From assembly GCA_038253685.1 (NCBI GenBank), contig JBBSGX010000002.1, positions 1-39,407 on the forward strand: a stretch of 39,407 bases of DNA. The letters run 5' to 3'. Position 1 is the stretch's first letter. Each line of letters opens with the position of its first letter. The notes under the pieces are model-generated. The model did no database searches and was not told the origin of the DNA. It saw only the letters and a program-made list of their open reading frames with translations. This stretch comes from Candidatus Limnocylindrales bacterium. GTDB taxonomy: Bacteria > Chloroflexota > Limnocylindria > Limnocylindrales > CSP1-4. Shown here one piece after another: positions 24,754-35,562 of this stretch. Made by a program: the position numbers and the translations under genes.

Positions 24754-25197
24754 TCAGAACTCGGCTTCGAGCTGGCCGATCTTCTCGACCCGGCGGGCGT
24801 GCCGACCGCCCTGGAATTCGCCGGCGATGAACGCGTCCACGCAGCCGAGTGCCAGCTCGAGGCCCACGATCCGGGCGCCCATGGCCAGGACGTTGGCATC
24901 GTTGTGCTCGCGGCCCAACCGGGCGGTGACTGGCTCCGTTCCCTCGACGCAGCGAATGCCACGGATCTTGTTGGCCACGATCTGCTCCCCGGTCCCACTG
25001 CCGCCGAGCACGATCCCGAGCCGGCAGTCGCCGGACGCGACCGCGCGAGCGGCCGGCGCAATCACGTCCGGATAGTCGACAGGGACAGTCGAGTCGGTGC
25101 CGAAGTCCACGGGCTCGTGGCCGGCTGCGCGAAGGAAGTCCATGATCGGCTCCTTCAGCGAGAAGCCGGCGTGATCGGACGCCACGGCGATGCGCAT
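24754..25197 (-). CDS. rpiB: Ribose-5-phosphate isomerase B
   Basis: MRIAVASDHAGFSLKEPIMDFLRAAGHEPVDFG, LGGSGTGEQIVANKIRGIRC, REHNDANVLAMGAR: RpiB/LacAB family over its full length. Confidence 0.93.
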   Translation of the reverse strand: MRIAVASDHAGFSLKEPIMDFLRAAGHEPVDFGTDSTVPVDYPDVIAPAARAVASGDCRLGIVLGGSGTGEQIVANKIRGIRCVEGTEPVTARLGREHNDANVLAMGARIVGLELALGCVDAFIAGEFQGGRHARRVEKIGQLEAEF

Positions 25198-25234
25198 CAG
25201 GCGCCCCGCGACCAGGCAAGTCCGGACACGCGCG

Positions 25235-26011
25235 TCACTCGGGCCGGTTGCTGCGCGCGGCCTGGCGTTCGCGATCGAGTCGATCCGGATCCTCCATGTC
25301 GGCCTCGAAGGCTTCGGTGATCCAACCCACGATCTCGTCGACGTCGTCGCTGACCTTCGCGAGCATCGTGTCGGCAGGCCCGATGTTGTGCCCGCTCGCG
25401 ACGGGTCCCTTGATCCAGTCGAGCAGTCCCTGCCAGTACTCGGACCCGACGAGGATGATGGGGAAGTGCTCGATCTTGCCGGTCTGCACCAGCGTCAGCG
25501 ACTCGAACAGCTCGTCGAGCGTGCCGTAGCCGCCGGGAAAGATCACGAAGGCCTGGGCGTACTTCACGAACATCGTCTTGCGCACGAAGAAGTAGCGGAA
25601 GTCGATGGCCAGGTCGACGTACTCGTTGACGCCCTGCTCGTGGGGCAATTCGATCCCGAGGCCGACGGAGACGCCGTTCGCCTGCCGTGCTCCGAGGTTG
25701 GCGGCCTCCATGATCCCTGGCCCGCCGCCCGTGATGATGGTGAAGCCGTGCTCGGAAAGTCCCTTTGCCAGCGCCCGCGCCCGGTCGTACAGCGGATGGT
25801 CGCGCGGCGTCCGCGCCGATCCGAAGATGCTGACCGCCGGGCCGAGGCGGGCGAGCGCGTCGAAGCCGTCCACGAACTCCCCGAGGACGCGGAGCGCGCG
25901 CCACGCGTCAGTCTCCAGGAAGGAGGCGTCCGCGTACGGCCGCGTCATGAGGAGTTTGCGGTCCTCGGTCGGCTTGCGCGGACGTCGCTGTCGATGCAGT
26001 TGCTCGGTCAT
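25235..26011 (-). CDS. LOG-family (TIGR00730-type) Rossmann-fold nucleotide-binding protein / cytokinin riboside 5'-monophosphate phosphoribohydrolase-like
   Basis: Within ORF 25235..26368. SIFGSARTP, TGGGPGIMEAANLGA, FPGGYGTLDELFE (PGGxGTxxE). ATG 26011 is chosen as the start, and ATG 25948 is also possible. Confidence 0.88.
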   Translation of the reverse strand: MTEQLHRQRRPRKPTEDRKLLMTRPYADASFLETDAWRALRVLGEFVDGFDALARLGPAVSIFGSARTPRDHPLYDRARALAKGLSEHGFTIITGGGPGIMEAANLGARQANGVSVGLGIELPHEQGVNEYVDLAIDFRYFFVRKTMFVKYAQAFVIFPGGYGTLDELFESLTLVQTGKIEHFPIILVGSEYWQGLLDWIKGPVASGHNIGPADTMLAKVSDDVDEIVGWITEAFEADMEDPDRLDRERQAARSNRPE

Positions 26012-26021
26012 CTCGTTCGGC

Positions 26022-26027
26022 AGGATA
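26022..26027 (-). promoter_or_regulatory. Putative -10 box TATCCT, 10 nt upstream of ATG 26011
   Basis: Minus strand: TATCCT-gccgaacgag-ATG. Confidence 0.25.
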
Positions 26028-26159
26028 CGCCGCGCGGAACTCACGGGCCGGGTCGTTCGTCTGAGAGTTGACACCAGACAATTTCCCTCCCGACCCGGTG
26101 GCCGTTGCTGGGGCAGCGAGCCCCGGGTGTCGGGATCCCCACGGACAACGCCCCCCACC

Positions 26160-26687
26160 GTGAAGCATTCGATCCGCACGCTCTCCCTGGCAGCCCTGCT
26201 GGTTCTGCTCCCCGCCTGCTCAGGTGAAGCTGCGCCGCCCAGTTCCGGTTCGCCCGTCGCGACGGCTCTGGCGCCAGGCGCGTCCTCCGCTCCGGTTTTA
26301 CTCTCACCTCCGTCCTCGCCCTCTTCACAGCCGTCCCAGGCGGGTGCCGGCGTGGTTTCCATCACCACGGTGGACGAAGCCGTGGCAGCGGTGGTCGCCG
26401 GACAGCCCCAGTTCTCGGGCTACCGGCTGGTCGCGCCCCCGGGGGCAGCATCGGCGAGGCCGGGCTCGCCCCTCCGACCCATCGGCGTGCCCGAGCGGAG
26501 CGTGCTCGTCGAGCAGGTTGCCGCCGGCTTCCGGCTCATCTTCGTGACAGGGTCGGGCGATTGCCCGTCGGGTTGCACGGTCCACCGCTATGACGTCTTC
26601 GTCGTGCACGCGGGCGGAACCGTCGAGAAGGCGTGTGTGCTCGACCGGTTCCCGATTGGCCGCGGGGATCCGTGCGAGGCCGCCTGA
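26160..26687 (+). CDS. Hypothetical secreted lipoprotein (Cys-containing C-terminal domain)
   Basis: Within ORF 25605..26687. GTG 26160. VKHSIRTLSLAALLVLLPACSG (lipobox LPAC), a Ser/Pro-rich linker, and a C-terminal domain with four Cys (GDCPSGCTV...KACVLD...DPCEAA). High third-position GC. Confidence 0.65.
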   Translation: MKHSIRTLSLAALLVLLPACSGEAAPPSSGSPVATALAPGASSAPVLLSPPSSPSSQPSQAGAGVVSITTVDEAVAAVVAGQPQFSGYRLVAPPGAASARPGSPLRPIGVPERSVLVEQVAAGFRLIFVTGSGDCPSGCTVHRYDVFVVHAGGTVEKACVLDRFPIGRGDPCEAA

Positions 26688-26714
26688 CGTTCGGGTCGGG
26701 CCAGCGTCGTACCG

Positions 26715-26735
26715 TTCGCAGAGACGATCTGCGAA
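26715..26735 (+). terminator. Perfect 8-bp hairpin downstream of the lipoprotein gene
   Basis: TTCGCAGA-gacga-TCTGCGAA followed by ATTCGC. Nested inside the weaker outer pairing GTCGGGC/GCCCGAC. Confidence 0.3.
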
Positions 26736-26888
26736 ATTCGCTGGACGCCCGCCCGACGCACCGTTATATTCGCGCGGATTTCAGGGAAGCCAGGCTCCCC
26801 ATTCGCGACCGTGCGGTCCCCCAGGGCCGTGTTGTCGAAGGCCTCTGTGACCCTGATCAAAGCGTCATGGTCGGAGGTTCGTAGTTCC

Positions 26889-27257
26889 GTGTATACCGAT
26901 CGGGTCATGAGTTGCCTGGATTGCGGGCAGGAGTTCGCCTTCACTGCCGGCGAGCAGGAGTTCTACGCCCAGCGTGGGTTCACTGAGCCGCCCAAGCGGT
27001 GTCCATCGTGTCGAGCGATCCGCAAGGCCCAGCGGAATTCGTCGCCGATGTCAGCCGGGTCGATGTCCTACTCGTCGGGCTACGAACGCTCCGGCGACGG
27101 TTTCAACGGCGGCCCGGGTTACGGCGCCGAGCGCCGCCCGCGACAAACATTCGAGGCGCCCTGTGCCGACTGCGGCAAGATGGCGCAGCTGCCGTTCCAA
27201 CCGACCGGCGCGCGTCCGGTCTACTGCAGCGACTGCTTTCAGACCCGGCGCGCCTGA
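26889..27257 (+). CDS. Double zinc-ribbon protein (N-terminal probable zinc-ribbon plus C-terminal CxxC-x17-CxxC domain)
   Basis: SCLDCGQEFAFTAGEQEFYAQRGFTEPPKRCPSCR, a Gly/Ser-rich linker, then CADCGKMAQLPFQPTGARPVYCSDCF. GGAGG lies 11 nt upstream of GTG 26889. ATG 26907 is an alternative start. Confidence 0.75.
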   Translation: MYTDRVMSCLDCGQEFAFTAGEQEFYAQRGFTEPPKRCPSCRAIRKAQRNSSPMSAGSMSYSSGYERSGDGFNGGPGYGAERRPRQTFEAPCADCGKMAQLPFQPTGARPVYCSDCFQTRRA

Positions 27258-27335
27258 GGCTCGTGGCACACCTCAGCCAGCCTTCGAGGTGAATGGGCGG
27301 TCGATCTGCCAGCCCGGATAAGTCTGAGATAAGTC

Positions 27336-27352
27336 GGCGCAAACGCTGCGCC
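27336..27352 (+). terminator. Short hairpin with a U-containing tail downstream of the zinc-ribbon gene
   Basis: GGCGCA-aacgc-TGCGCC followed by AAGAGCTTCTTCC. Confidence 0.3.
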
Positions 27353-27444
27353 AAGAGCTTCTTCCTAGTCTCCATCTCGCACGTCAGACCGCGCCTCGCG
27401 GACCGGCGTCCCGCCAGTGGAAGAGGCACGACAGGATGGAGAGC

Positions 27445-27643
27445 CATGCGCACCGTATTGCCGCTCGTCTACCACCACGCCCGCTGGGGCGCACTGCTTC
27501 CCGTGTGGGTCGCGACCGCGTTGGCCCTCCTGGCCCTCCTCGCGTTCGCAGACCTGTGGTCAAGCGGGATCGACCTGCCGAATCATGACGGGCCGCTCCT
27601 GGCACCCTTCCGCTGGCTACCGATCAGCGATGCGCTCGCTTGA
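27445..27643 (+). CDS. Small hypothetical membrane protein (66 aa, one TM helix)
   Basis: MRTVLPLVYHHARWGALLPVWVATALALLALLAFADLW... GGAG lies 5 nt upstream of the ATG. Third-position GC is about 83 percent (55 of 66 codons, hand count), similar to the neighbouring genes. Confidence 0.45.
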
Positions 27644-27659
27644 GCGACGCGCGCGCTGA

Positions 27660-28445
27660 TCACGCGCGAGTCGCGCCTTCGGCTCCCGCCAGGCGCTGAG
27701 CAAGATAGACGGGGATCATCGAGAGCAGGATCGCCACGACTGCAGCGACGTTGACGATGGGTGCCTGGTTGGCCAGCTTGTAGTTCTGGAAGATCCACAG
27801 CGGAAGCGTCTTCACGCCACCTGCCGTGAACGTGGTCACGATGATCTCGTCGAACGAGAGCGCGAAAGCAAGAAGCGCGCCGGCCAGCAGGGCCGTCCGG
27901 ATCTGCGGAAACGTCACGCGCCGGAAGGTCTGGAACGAGTCGGCTCCGAGGTCCATGGAGGCCTCTTCGAGGCTGCGGGAAGACCTCCGAAGCCTCGCGA
28001 TCACGTTGTTGTAGACGACCACGATGCAGAACGTTGCGTGGCCCACGACGACCGTCACTAGGCCCAGCGGAATGCCACCCTCGGAAAACGTTGCCTTCAA
28101 AGCGATGCCCGTGACGATGCCCGGCAGAGCAATCGGAAGGATCACCAGGAAGGAGATGGTCTCGCGGCCGAAGAAGCGGTAGCGAGCGACGGCGATGGCC
28201 GCCAGGCTGCCCAGCACCAACGCGATGGTCATGGCGCCGAGGGCCGCGCCGATCGAAGCCGTGAATGCATCGAGCACGCCGCGGTTCTGGGCGGCGGCCT
28301 GGAACCACTTCAGGCTGAGCCCCGGCGGCGGCCATGAGGGCACCCTGTTCTGGTTGAAGGCGTACAGCACGATGACCACGATCGGGATGTAGATGAACGC
28401 GACGATGACACTCGTCATGATGCGCAGCGCCCAGCGAGAGATCAC
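27660..28445 (-). CDS. ABC transporter permease (PotC-like, polyamine/opine-type importer)
   Basis: ORF 27660..28445. Six-TM pattern and the loop EEASMDLGADSFQTFRRVTFPQIRTAL. Confidence 0.88.
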   Translation of the reverse strand: MISRWALRIMTSVIVAFIYIPIVVIVLYAFNQNRVPSWPPPGLSLKWFQAAAQNRGVLDAFTASIGAALGAMTIALVLGSLAAIAVARYRFFGRETISFLVILPIALPGIVTGIALKATFSEGGIPLGLVTVVVGHATFCIVVVYNNVIARLRRSSRSLEEASMDLGADSFQTFRRVTFPQIRTALLAGALLAFALSFDEIIVTTFTAGGVKTLPLWIFQNYKLANQAPIVNVAAVVAILLSMIPVYLAQRLAGAEGATRA

Positions 28446-28451
28446 GTCGCC

Positions 28452-29342
28452 CTACAGCGCCTCGAACGCGCCAAGCCGGCGCGCCGCGGCCAGGTAGACG
28501 AGCATCACCACCACCGGGATCGTGCCCAGCGCCGCTGCGAATTGCACGTCGCCGGCGGGTCCCAGCTTTCCGGCGATGACGTTGCCGAGAAACTGGGTGC
28601 TCGTGATCAGCGAGGGCGCGATGTAGTCGCCCAGGGTCAGCGAGAACGTGAAGATGGATCCAGCCACAACGGCGGGGAAGGCGAGAGGCAGGATGACTCG
28701 ACGGAAGGTCTGCGCCGAGCGACCTCCGAGATCGCCCGAAGCCTCGATCACTGACTGCGGAATGCGCTCCAGCCCCGCGAAGATCGGCAGGATCATGTAC
28801 GGAAGCCAGAGATACGTGAAGACGATCCAGAGTGCAACGTCTCCGTAGCCGGGGCCCTGGATCCCGAACGGGCGCAAAGCCCAGTTGAGGATGCCCTGAT
28901 CGGACAGGATGATCCGCCACGCATAGACCTTGACGACGTAGCTCGCCCAGAGTGGGAGCAGCACGGCCACGACCAGCATGTTGCGTACGCGCCGCGACGC
29001 AACCCTGGCCATGTAGTACGCAATCGGGAAGGCGAGGACGGCCGTGGTCAGCGTGACCAGGACCGCCATGCCCACCGTGCGAAGGGTGATCGTGCGGTAT
29101 GTCGCGCTCTGGATGATCTCGACGAAGTTGTCGAGGGACGGCTTCGTGTTGATCGTGTCCGTGGCCGCCGAGTACGTCCAGAACGCCGAGACCAGCAGGA
29201 CGGCCAGGGATCCCAGGTAGGCGACCACGAGCCAGAAGAGCGGAGCGCCGAGCAGGAGTGCCAGCTGGAGGCGCGGCCGCCGGTACAGGAATGACGCGGC
29301 TCGGCGCCGCCGCGAGGCGGGCGTGGTTGCCAGGGTCGTCAT
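28452..29342 (-). CDS. ABC transporter permease (PotB-like)
   Basis: ORF 28452..29342. Loop IEASGDLGGRSAQTFRRVILPLAFPAVV. GAAGG lies 5 nt upstream of the ATG. Confidence 0.88.
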   Translation of the reverse strand: MTTLATTPASRRRRAASFLYRRPRLQLALLLGAPLFWLVVAYLGSLAVLLVSAFWTYSAATDTINTKPSLDNFVEIIQSATYRTITLRTVGMAVLVTLTTAVLAFPIAYYMARVASRRVRNMLVVAVLLPLWASYVVKVYAWRIILSDQGILNWALRPFGIQGPGYGDVALWIVFTYLWLPYMILPIFAGLERIPQSVIEASGDLGGRSAQTFRRVILPLAFPAVVAGSIFTFSLTLGDYIAPSLITSTQFLGNVIAGKLGPAGDVQFAAALGTIPVVVMLVYLAAARRLGAFEAL

Positions 29343-29356
29343 GGACGCCTTCGTCT

Positions 29357-29418
29357 CCCATGGCAGGGCGTTCCGCCCCGGAGTCCCTCTGCGTCCGGGG
29401 CGGAACGCCTGCCATGGG
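29357..29418 (-). promoter_or_regulatory. 24-bp GC-rich intercistronic hairpin between the binding-protein gene and the first permease gene
   Basis: Arms 29357-29381 and 29395-29418 pair perfectly except for one bulged G (29368). 13-nt loop. Starts 3 nt after the SBP stop codon and ends 14 nt before the permease ATG. Confidence 0.7.
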
Positions 29419-29421
29419 ATG

Positions 29422-30780
29422 TCAGCCCTTGATGTCCGTCCAGGCGTTCAGCCAGTCATCGAAGCCTGTGCAGACGGAGCCTCGGCCGTCGCCGCAGTCG
29501 ACCGTCGGCGTCCTCCAGTAGTAGACGTTGTTCCAGTAGCCGTCTTCCTGGGCATGAAAGATCTTGCAGTGATTTGGATCTGTGGTGAGATCGCAGGCCT
29601 TGAGGTTTGCCGGCGCCTCGCCGAACCACTCCGCAACGGCGGCCTGGACAGGCGGTGAGACCTCGTAGTTCATGTACATGTACGCGCAGTTGGGATGCGC
29701 CGACTTCGAGGAGAGCATCCAGGTGTCCGACCAGCCGGTCGAGCCTTCTTCCGGCTTGATTGCCTTCACCGGCACCGGTGGCTTCTCCGCCTTCAACAGG
29801 TTCGTGATGATCTGCCAGGTCGTGCCGATCACGCTGTCCTGGTTCTCGAACGACGAGATCTCCTTGGTGTAGTCGCTCCAGTACTCCGAGATGAGTGGGC
29901 GCTGCTGCTTGGCGAGATCCACTGCGGCTGCGAACTGGTTCGCGTCAAGCTCGTAGGGGTTGGTGATCCCCAGGTCGGGCTTGGTCTGCATCAGGACGAC
30001 AGCGGCGTCGGCGATGTAGATCGGTGCGTCATAGCCGGTTACCTTGCCGGCGTAGGGAGACGCTGGATCGAAGACTGCGCTCCAGTGCGGCGGTGGCGTC
30101 GTCACAACGTCCGTGCGCCACATTAGGAGATTCGCTCCCCGGCCGTGCGGGATGCCGTAGTGGACGCCGCCGAACGTATTGTAGGGCTGGTCCTTGAGAG
30201 CACCCACGACGTCCGCGTAGTTCGGCACGAGGTCGACGTTGACGGGCGCGACATAGCCTCCGTCGACGAGCCGGCCGCTGGCATCACCGGACGCCGAGAT
30301 CAGGTCGTAGTCGCCGGCCTTGAAGAGGTTGAAGGCCTCGTCGCTGGTCCCGAACACGTCAAAGGTGACGGTGCACCCGGTGTCCTCCTGGAACTTGGTG
30401 ACCCAGTCGACAGTGGGATCGGTCGAGCCGTCCTCGACGTAGCCGGGCCAGGCCAGGATCTTCACCGCGCCTTCGCCGGGCCCGAGCTGCGTGGGCATTC
30501 CGCTCGCCTGGGGCCCGCTGCTCGCAACCTCGGTGGGCGAAGGCTCGCTCGACGGCGGGACGGTGGAACCTTCCGTCGGAACGGGCGTCGCGGCGATCGT
30601 GGGCGCCTGTGTCGCGGCTGCCTGTGGCGTGCCTGGCGCGGGGCTCGGGGTCGCCGCAGCGGGCAGTGATGGGGACGGGGTCCCAGGAGCGGGCGTTGAC
30701 GACGCGCCGCATCCTCCAGCCACCAGGACCACTGCCGAGAGCAGCGCCCAACCGCGTTTGCTGTTGATCCCTCTGATCAC
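29422..30780 (-). CDS. ABC transporter substrate-binding lipoprotein (PotD/PotF-like, solute-binding family 1)
   Basis: ORF 29422..31017 trimmed to GTG 30780, which has GAGGAG 6 nt upstream. VIRGINSKRGWALLSAVVLVAGGCG lipobox, a roughly 80-aa Pro/Thr/Ser/Ala linker, then VKILAWPGYVEDG... Confidence 0.85.
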   Translation of the reverse strand: MIRGINSKRGWALLSAVVLVAGGCGASSTPAPGTPSPSLPAAATPSPAPGTPQAAATQAPTIAATPVPTEGSTVPPSSEPSPTEVASSGPQASGMPTQLGPGEGAVKILAWPGYVEDGSTDPTVDWVTKFQEDTGCTVTFDVFGTSDEAFNLFKAGDYDLISASGDASGRLVDGGYVAPVNVDLVPNYADVVGALKDQPYNTFGGVHYGIPHGRGANLLMWRTDVVTTPPPHWSAVFDPASPYAGKVTGYDAPIYIADAAVVLMQTKPDLGITNPYELDANQFAAAVDLAKQQRPLISEYWSDYTKEISSFENQDSVIGTTWQIITNLLKAEKPPVPVKAIKPEEGSTGWSDTWMLSSKSAHPNCAYMYMNYEVSPPVQAAVAEWFGEAPANLKACDLTTDPNHCKIFHAQEDGYWNNVYYWRTPTVDCGDGRGSVCTGFDDWLNAWTDIKG

Positions 30781-30809
30781 CTTGATCTCCTCTCTGCGTC
30801 TGGGCCGCG

Positions 30810-31907
<1,098 letters not shown>

Positions 31908-32152
31908 GCGCTCCTCGGCTCAAGGTTCGCAGAAATCAGGCCACACTCGCGACGGCGACCCTCCGCGGGCCGGCGGCTCTCGCTCTCCTCCGCTGAAAAT
32001 GACCGGCCCGGGAACGGCCGAACTCTGCGGCTTGGCGCTCGTGACTGTCAAGTTCGTGCGCCTTCCGCGCCTTGCCTGCGCGCGCACGTGCGGAATCCGC
32101 ACCGAGCAGGGTTCGCCGGCCTGGCCCAAGCGCTCCCGAACGGCTGCCGCCG

Positions 32153-32158
32153 TACAGT
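32153..32158 (+). promoter_or_regulatory. Putative -10 box TACAGT, 7 nt upstream of GTG 32166
   Basis: TACAGT-ctcgcgt-GTG. Confidence 0.3.
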
Positions 32159-32165
32159 CTCGCGT

Positions 32166-32708
32166 GTGGCTCAGTCTCCGCGGCGCTCCTCGCGTGCACC
32201 GTTCTACGTCGCGCTGGGCTTCTTCGCCGTGGCGCTGACCCTGGTGCTGATCTTCGCCCAGCGCTCCGCGGATCCGCTGCCGCCGCCCGCGGTTGCCTCA
32301 CCCGGAACATCGGCTGCGCCCAGGCCGATCAACGTGATCATGCGTGACTACCTCTACGACCCGAGGCCGATCGTCCTGCTACGCGGCGAGACCGTGCGCA
32401 TCACGATCTTCGACGCCGGTCTCCTCCCTCACGAGTTCACCCTCGGAGATGCCGCTGTCCAGGCGGCCTGGGACGCCGCCGATGCCAGCGCTACGCCGCC
32501 CGCGCCCTTCACCACGGCACCGCCGGCGAGCGCCCCCGCTGCCACGGGTGGCCTCCGCATGGTCCTGCCGCCGGGCGGACAGGCGACCGTCGACTACACC
32601 GTGCCCGTCGCCGGAGAGGTGCAATTGCTCTGCCACCTGTCCGACCACATCCGGCTCGGAATGATCGGGCAGATCGAGCTGCGCACCGCAGGATCGGTAG
32701 CGCCGTAG
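32166..32708 (+). CDS. Membrane-anchored cupredoxin-domain protein (type-1 copper-like ligand set)
   Basis: Within ORF 30837..32708. TM helix FYVALGFFAVALTLVLIFA. Cupredoxin strands INVIMRDYLYDPRPIVLLRGETVRITIFDAGLLPHEF and LLCHLSDHIRLGMIGQIEL (His...Cys-x4-His-x4-Met). Confidence 0.7.
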   Translation: MAQSPRRSSRAPFYVALGFFAVALTLVLIFAQRSADPLPPPAVASPGTSAAPRPINVIMRDYLYDPRPIVLLRGETVRITIFDAGLLPHEFTLGDAAVQAAWDAADASATPPAPFTTAPPASAPAATGGLRMVLPPGGQATVDYTVPVAGEVQLLCHLSDHIRLGMIGQIELRTAGSVAP

Positions 32709-32796
32709 CCGGTACACTTGCGGCCTTCCCAGCCAGTGCTCCGGGGATGGGTCCCAACGTCGCGGAGCTGACCGACCGCGGAGGAGAGATCTCCAG

Positions 32797-33087
32797 ATGG
32801 CCTACGTGATCGCCGAGCCCTGCATCGACGTCCTCGACGAATCGTGCGTTGCCGTGTGTCCGGTCGACTGCATCCATTTCGACGCCGGCGTCGATCGCAA
32901 GCTGTACATCGATCCGGACGAGTGCATCGACTGCGGCGCCTGCGAGCCGGAGTGTCCCGTGAATGCGATCTACCCCGAGGACGCGCTCCCGGCAGAATGG
33001 GCCAAGTACACCGAGGTCGACGCGCGCTGGTTCAAGGACAAGCCGTCCGCGCGAGCGACCATCGACGAATGGAAGCCGCCCGCCTGA
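32797..33087 (+). CDS. Ferredoxin (7Fe/FdxA-like, 4Fe-4S dicluster domain)
   Basis: MAYVIAEPCIDVLDESCVAVCPVDCIH...CIDCGACEPECPVNAI. GGAGGAG lies upstream of the ATG. Confidence 0.9.
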   Translation: MAYVIAEPCIDVLDESCVAVCPVDCIHFDAGVDRKLYIDPDECIDCGACEPECPVNAIYPEDALPAEWAKYTEVDARWFKDKPSARATIDEWKPPA

Positions 33088-33114
33088 GATCGGCGTCGAC
33101 GTCTCTCACGGCAG

Positions 33115-33147
33115 GAGCCGCGTCCGCTGGTCGCGGCTCTTTTCGTT
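33115..33147 (+). terminator. Intrinsic terminator downstream of the ferredoxin gene
   Basis: GAGCCGCG-tccgctggt-CGCGGCTC (perfect 8-bp stem) followed directly by TTTTCGTTT. Confidence 0.7.
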
Positions 33148-34499
33148 TCAGCTCCGCGCGAACACGGCTCCGACGATCCGTGCGAGGCTGGGCCGAACCC
33201 CGTAGAGCAGCAGGGTGGCGCGGAAGACGCGCGCCGACGCGATTGTTGCAAGCACCACGAACGACCCCAGCGATGCGAGCGACAGCGCGATCTGGAGCCA
33301 GGGCGGGTCCGGAGCGAGCGTGAGGACCTGGAGCATCGTGGCCGGTGCGGAAAGTGGGATCAGCGCCAGGATCCACACGATCGGCGACCCGAGGTCGGTC
33401 AGGAAGACTCCCGTGAAGATCAACGGCACCACGGCCAGGAAGCCGAAGAACCCGGCGTACTGCTGCGCCTCGCGTGACCCGGGGGCGAGCGCGCCGATGG
33501 CCGAGAAGATGGCTCCGTACGCGAGGTAGCCGAGCGCGAAGTAGATCATCGCCAGCACCAGCGTCAGCGCCGAGATGTGGACATCGAGCGAGAGACGTTG
33601 ATTGATCACGGGCAGGGCCACGAGGGCGGTCGCCACCCAGATCACGACCTGCGTCAACCCGACCGCGCCCAGCCCCAGGATCTTGCCGGCCATCAGCGGC
33701 AACGCCGGCACCGAGCTCAGGACGATCTCGACGACGCGGTTTTCCTTCTCCTCGGTCACCGACTGGAGGAGGTAGCCGCTGGTGATGAAGATGCTCATCA
33801 CGAAGAGCAGGGTGAAGGCGTACGGCAGCAGGAACGACGCGATCTCGGAGCCCGGCGTTACGGGCTGGCCATCGATCGTGCGCGAGGAGACCTGTGCCGG
33901 GTCGAGCACACGTTGCGCGATCTGCGGTGGGATCTGCGCCTCGTTCAGCAGCGCATTGCGCAGGATGACCTCGAGGATCGTTTCCTGGCCCTGCTGCCGT
34001 TGAACCGCTTCGAGACCCTGGTTCCTGGTGGACGCCTCGATGCGCTGAACCTCCGGCGTGCCCGGGTAGGTGGAGGGGATGAGGTAGAACTCCCTTGCCT
34101 TGCCGGTGAGCAGGCTCGATACCGCCGTGTTGCGATCGACGAGCTGGAACCCCGGCGCGATGGTCGGCGTGACCGTCACATGCAGCGCCGACTCGTTGAC
34201 GAGGAGGGTGGGACCTGCGCTGACCGGACCGGAGCCATTGCCGAACGAGGTGCTCGAGAAGTAGCTCGAGATCGTCAGCAGGCCGCCGAGACCGATGGGC
34301 AGCAACAGCGTCCCGAACAGGAAGCCGCGCCGTCGCACGGACCTGAGGTAGTCGCGGCGCGCCACGATCGTGACGAGACGCAGGAAGCTGGGCCGCCGCC
34401 GGTTGCGGATGGCCGGGCTCAGACCGCTCGTCGGGGTGTAGCCGCGCGGCTCCGGTTGGCCGCCGCCGGGCGGTTGGCCACGGTCCGCCGGCTGGTCGC

Positions 34500-34503
<4 letters not shown>
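33148..34503 (-). CDS. ABC-2 family transporter permease (NatB/YhaP-like, large extracytoplasmic loop)
   Basis: ORF 33148..34503. N-terminal TM helix, a roughly 170-aa loop, then five clustered TM helices. GTG overlaps the ATPase stop (GTGA). Confidence 0.8.
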
Positions 34504-35486
<983 letters not shown>

Positions 35487-35493
35487 ACGCGAG

Positions 35494-35499
35494 AGGCTA
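35494..35499 (-). promoter_or_regulatory. Putative -10 box TAGCCT, 7 nt upstream of GTG 35486
   Basis: Minus strand: TAGCCT-ctcgcgt-GTG. Confidence 0.35.
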
Positions 35500-35550
35500 C
35501 TCGAAAGAGGAGGTGGGACACAGCGTAATCGGCAGTAAAGGCGCCGCGGC

Positions 35551-35556
35551 TATGCT
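35551..35556 (+). promoter_or_regulatory. Putative -10 box TATGCT, 6 nt upstream of GTG 35563
   Basis: TATGCT-ggccgg-GTG, the same hexamer and spacing as at 9197. Confidence 0.4.
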
Positions 35557-35562
35557 GGCCGG

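Noticed and set aside
35487-35562. Cobalamin riboswitch upstream of the BtuF-like gene.
   Set aside because: The divergent gap is only 76 nt and is taken up by two back-to-back -10-like boxes. That is far too short for a B12 riboswitch.
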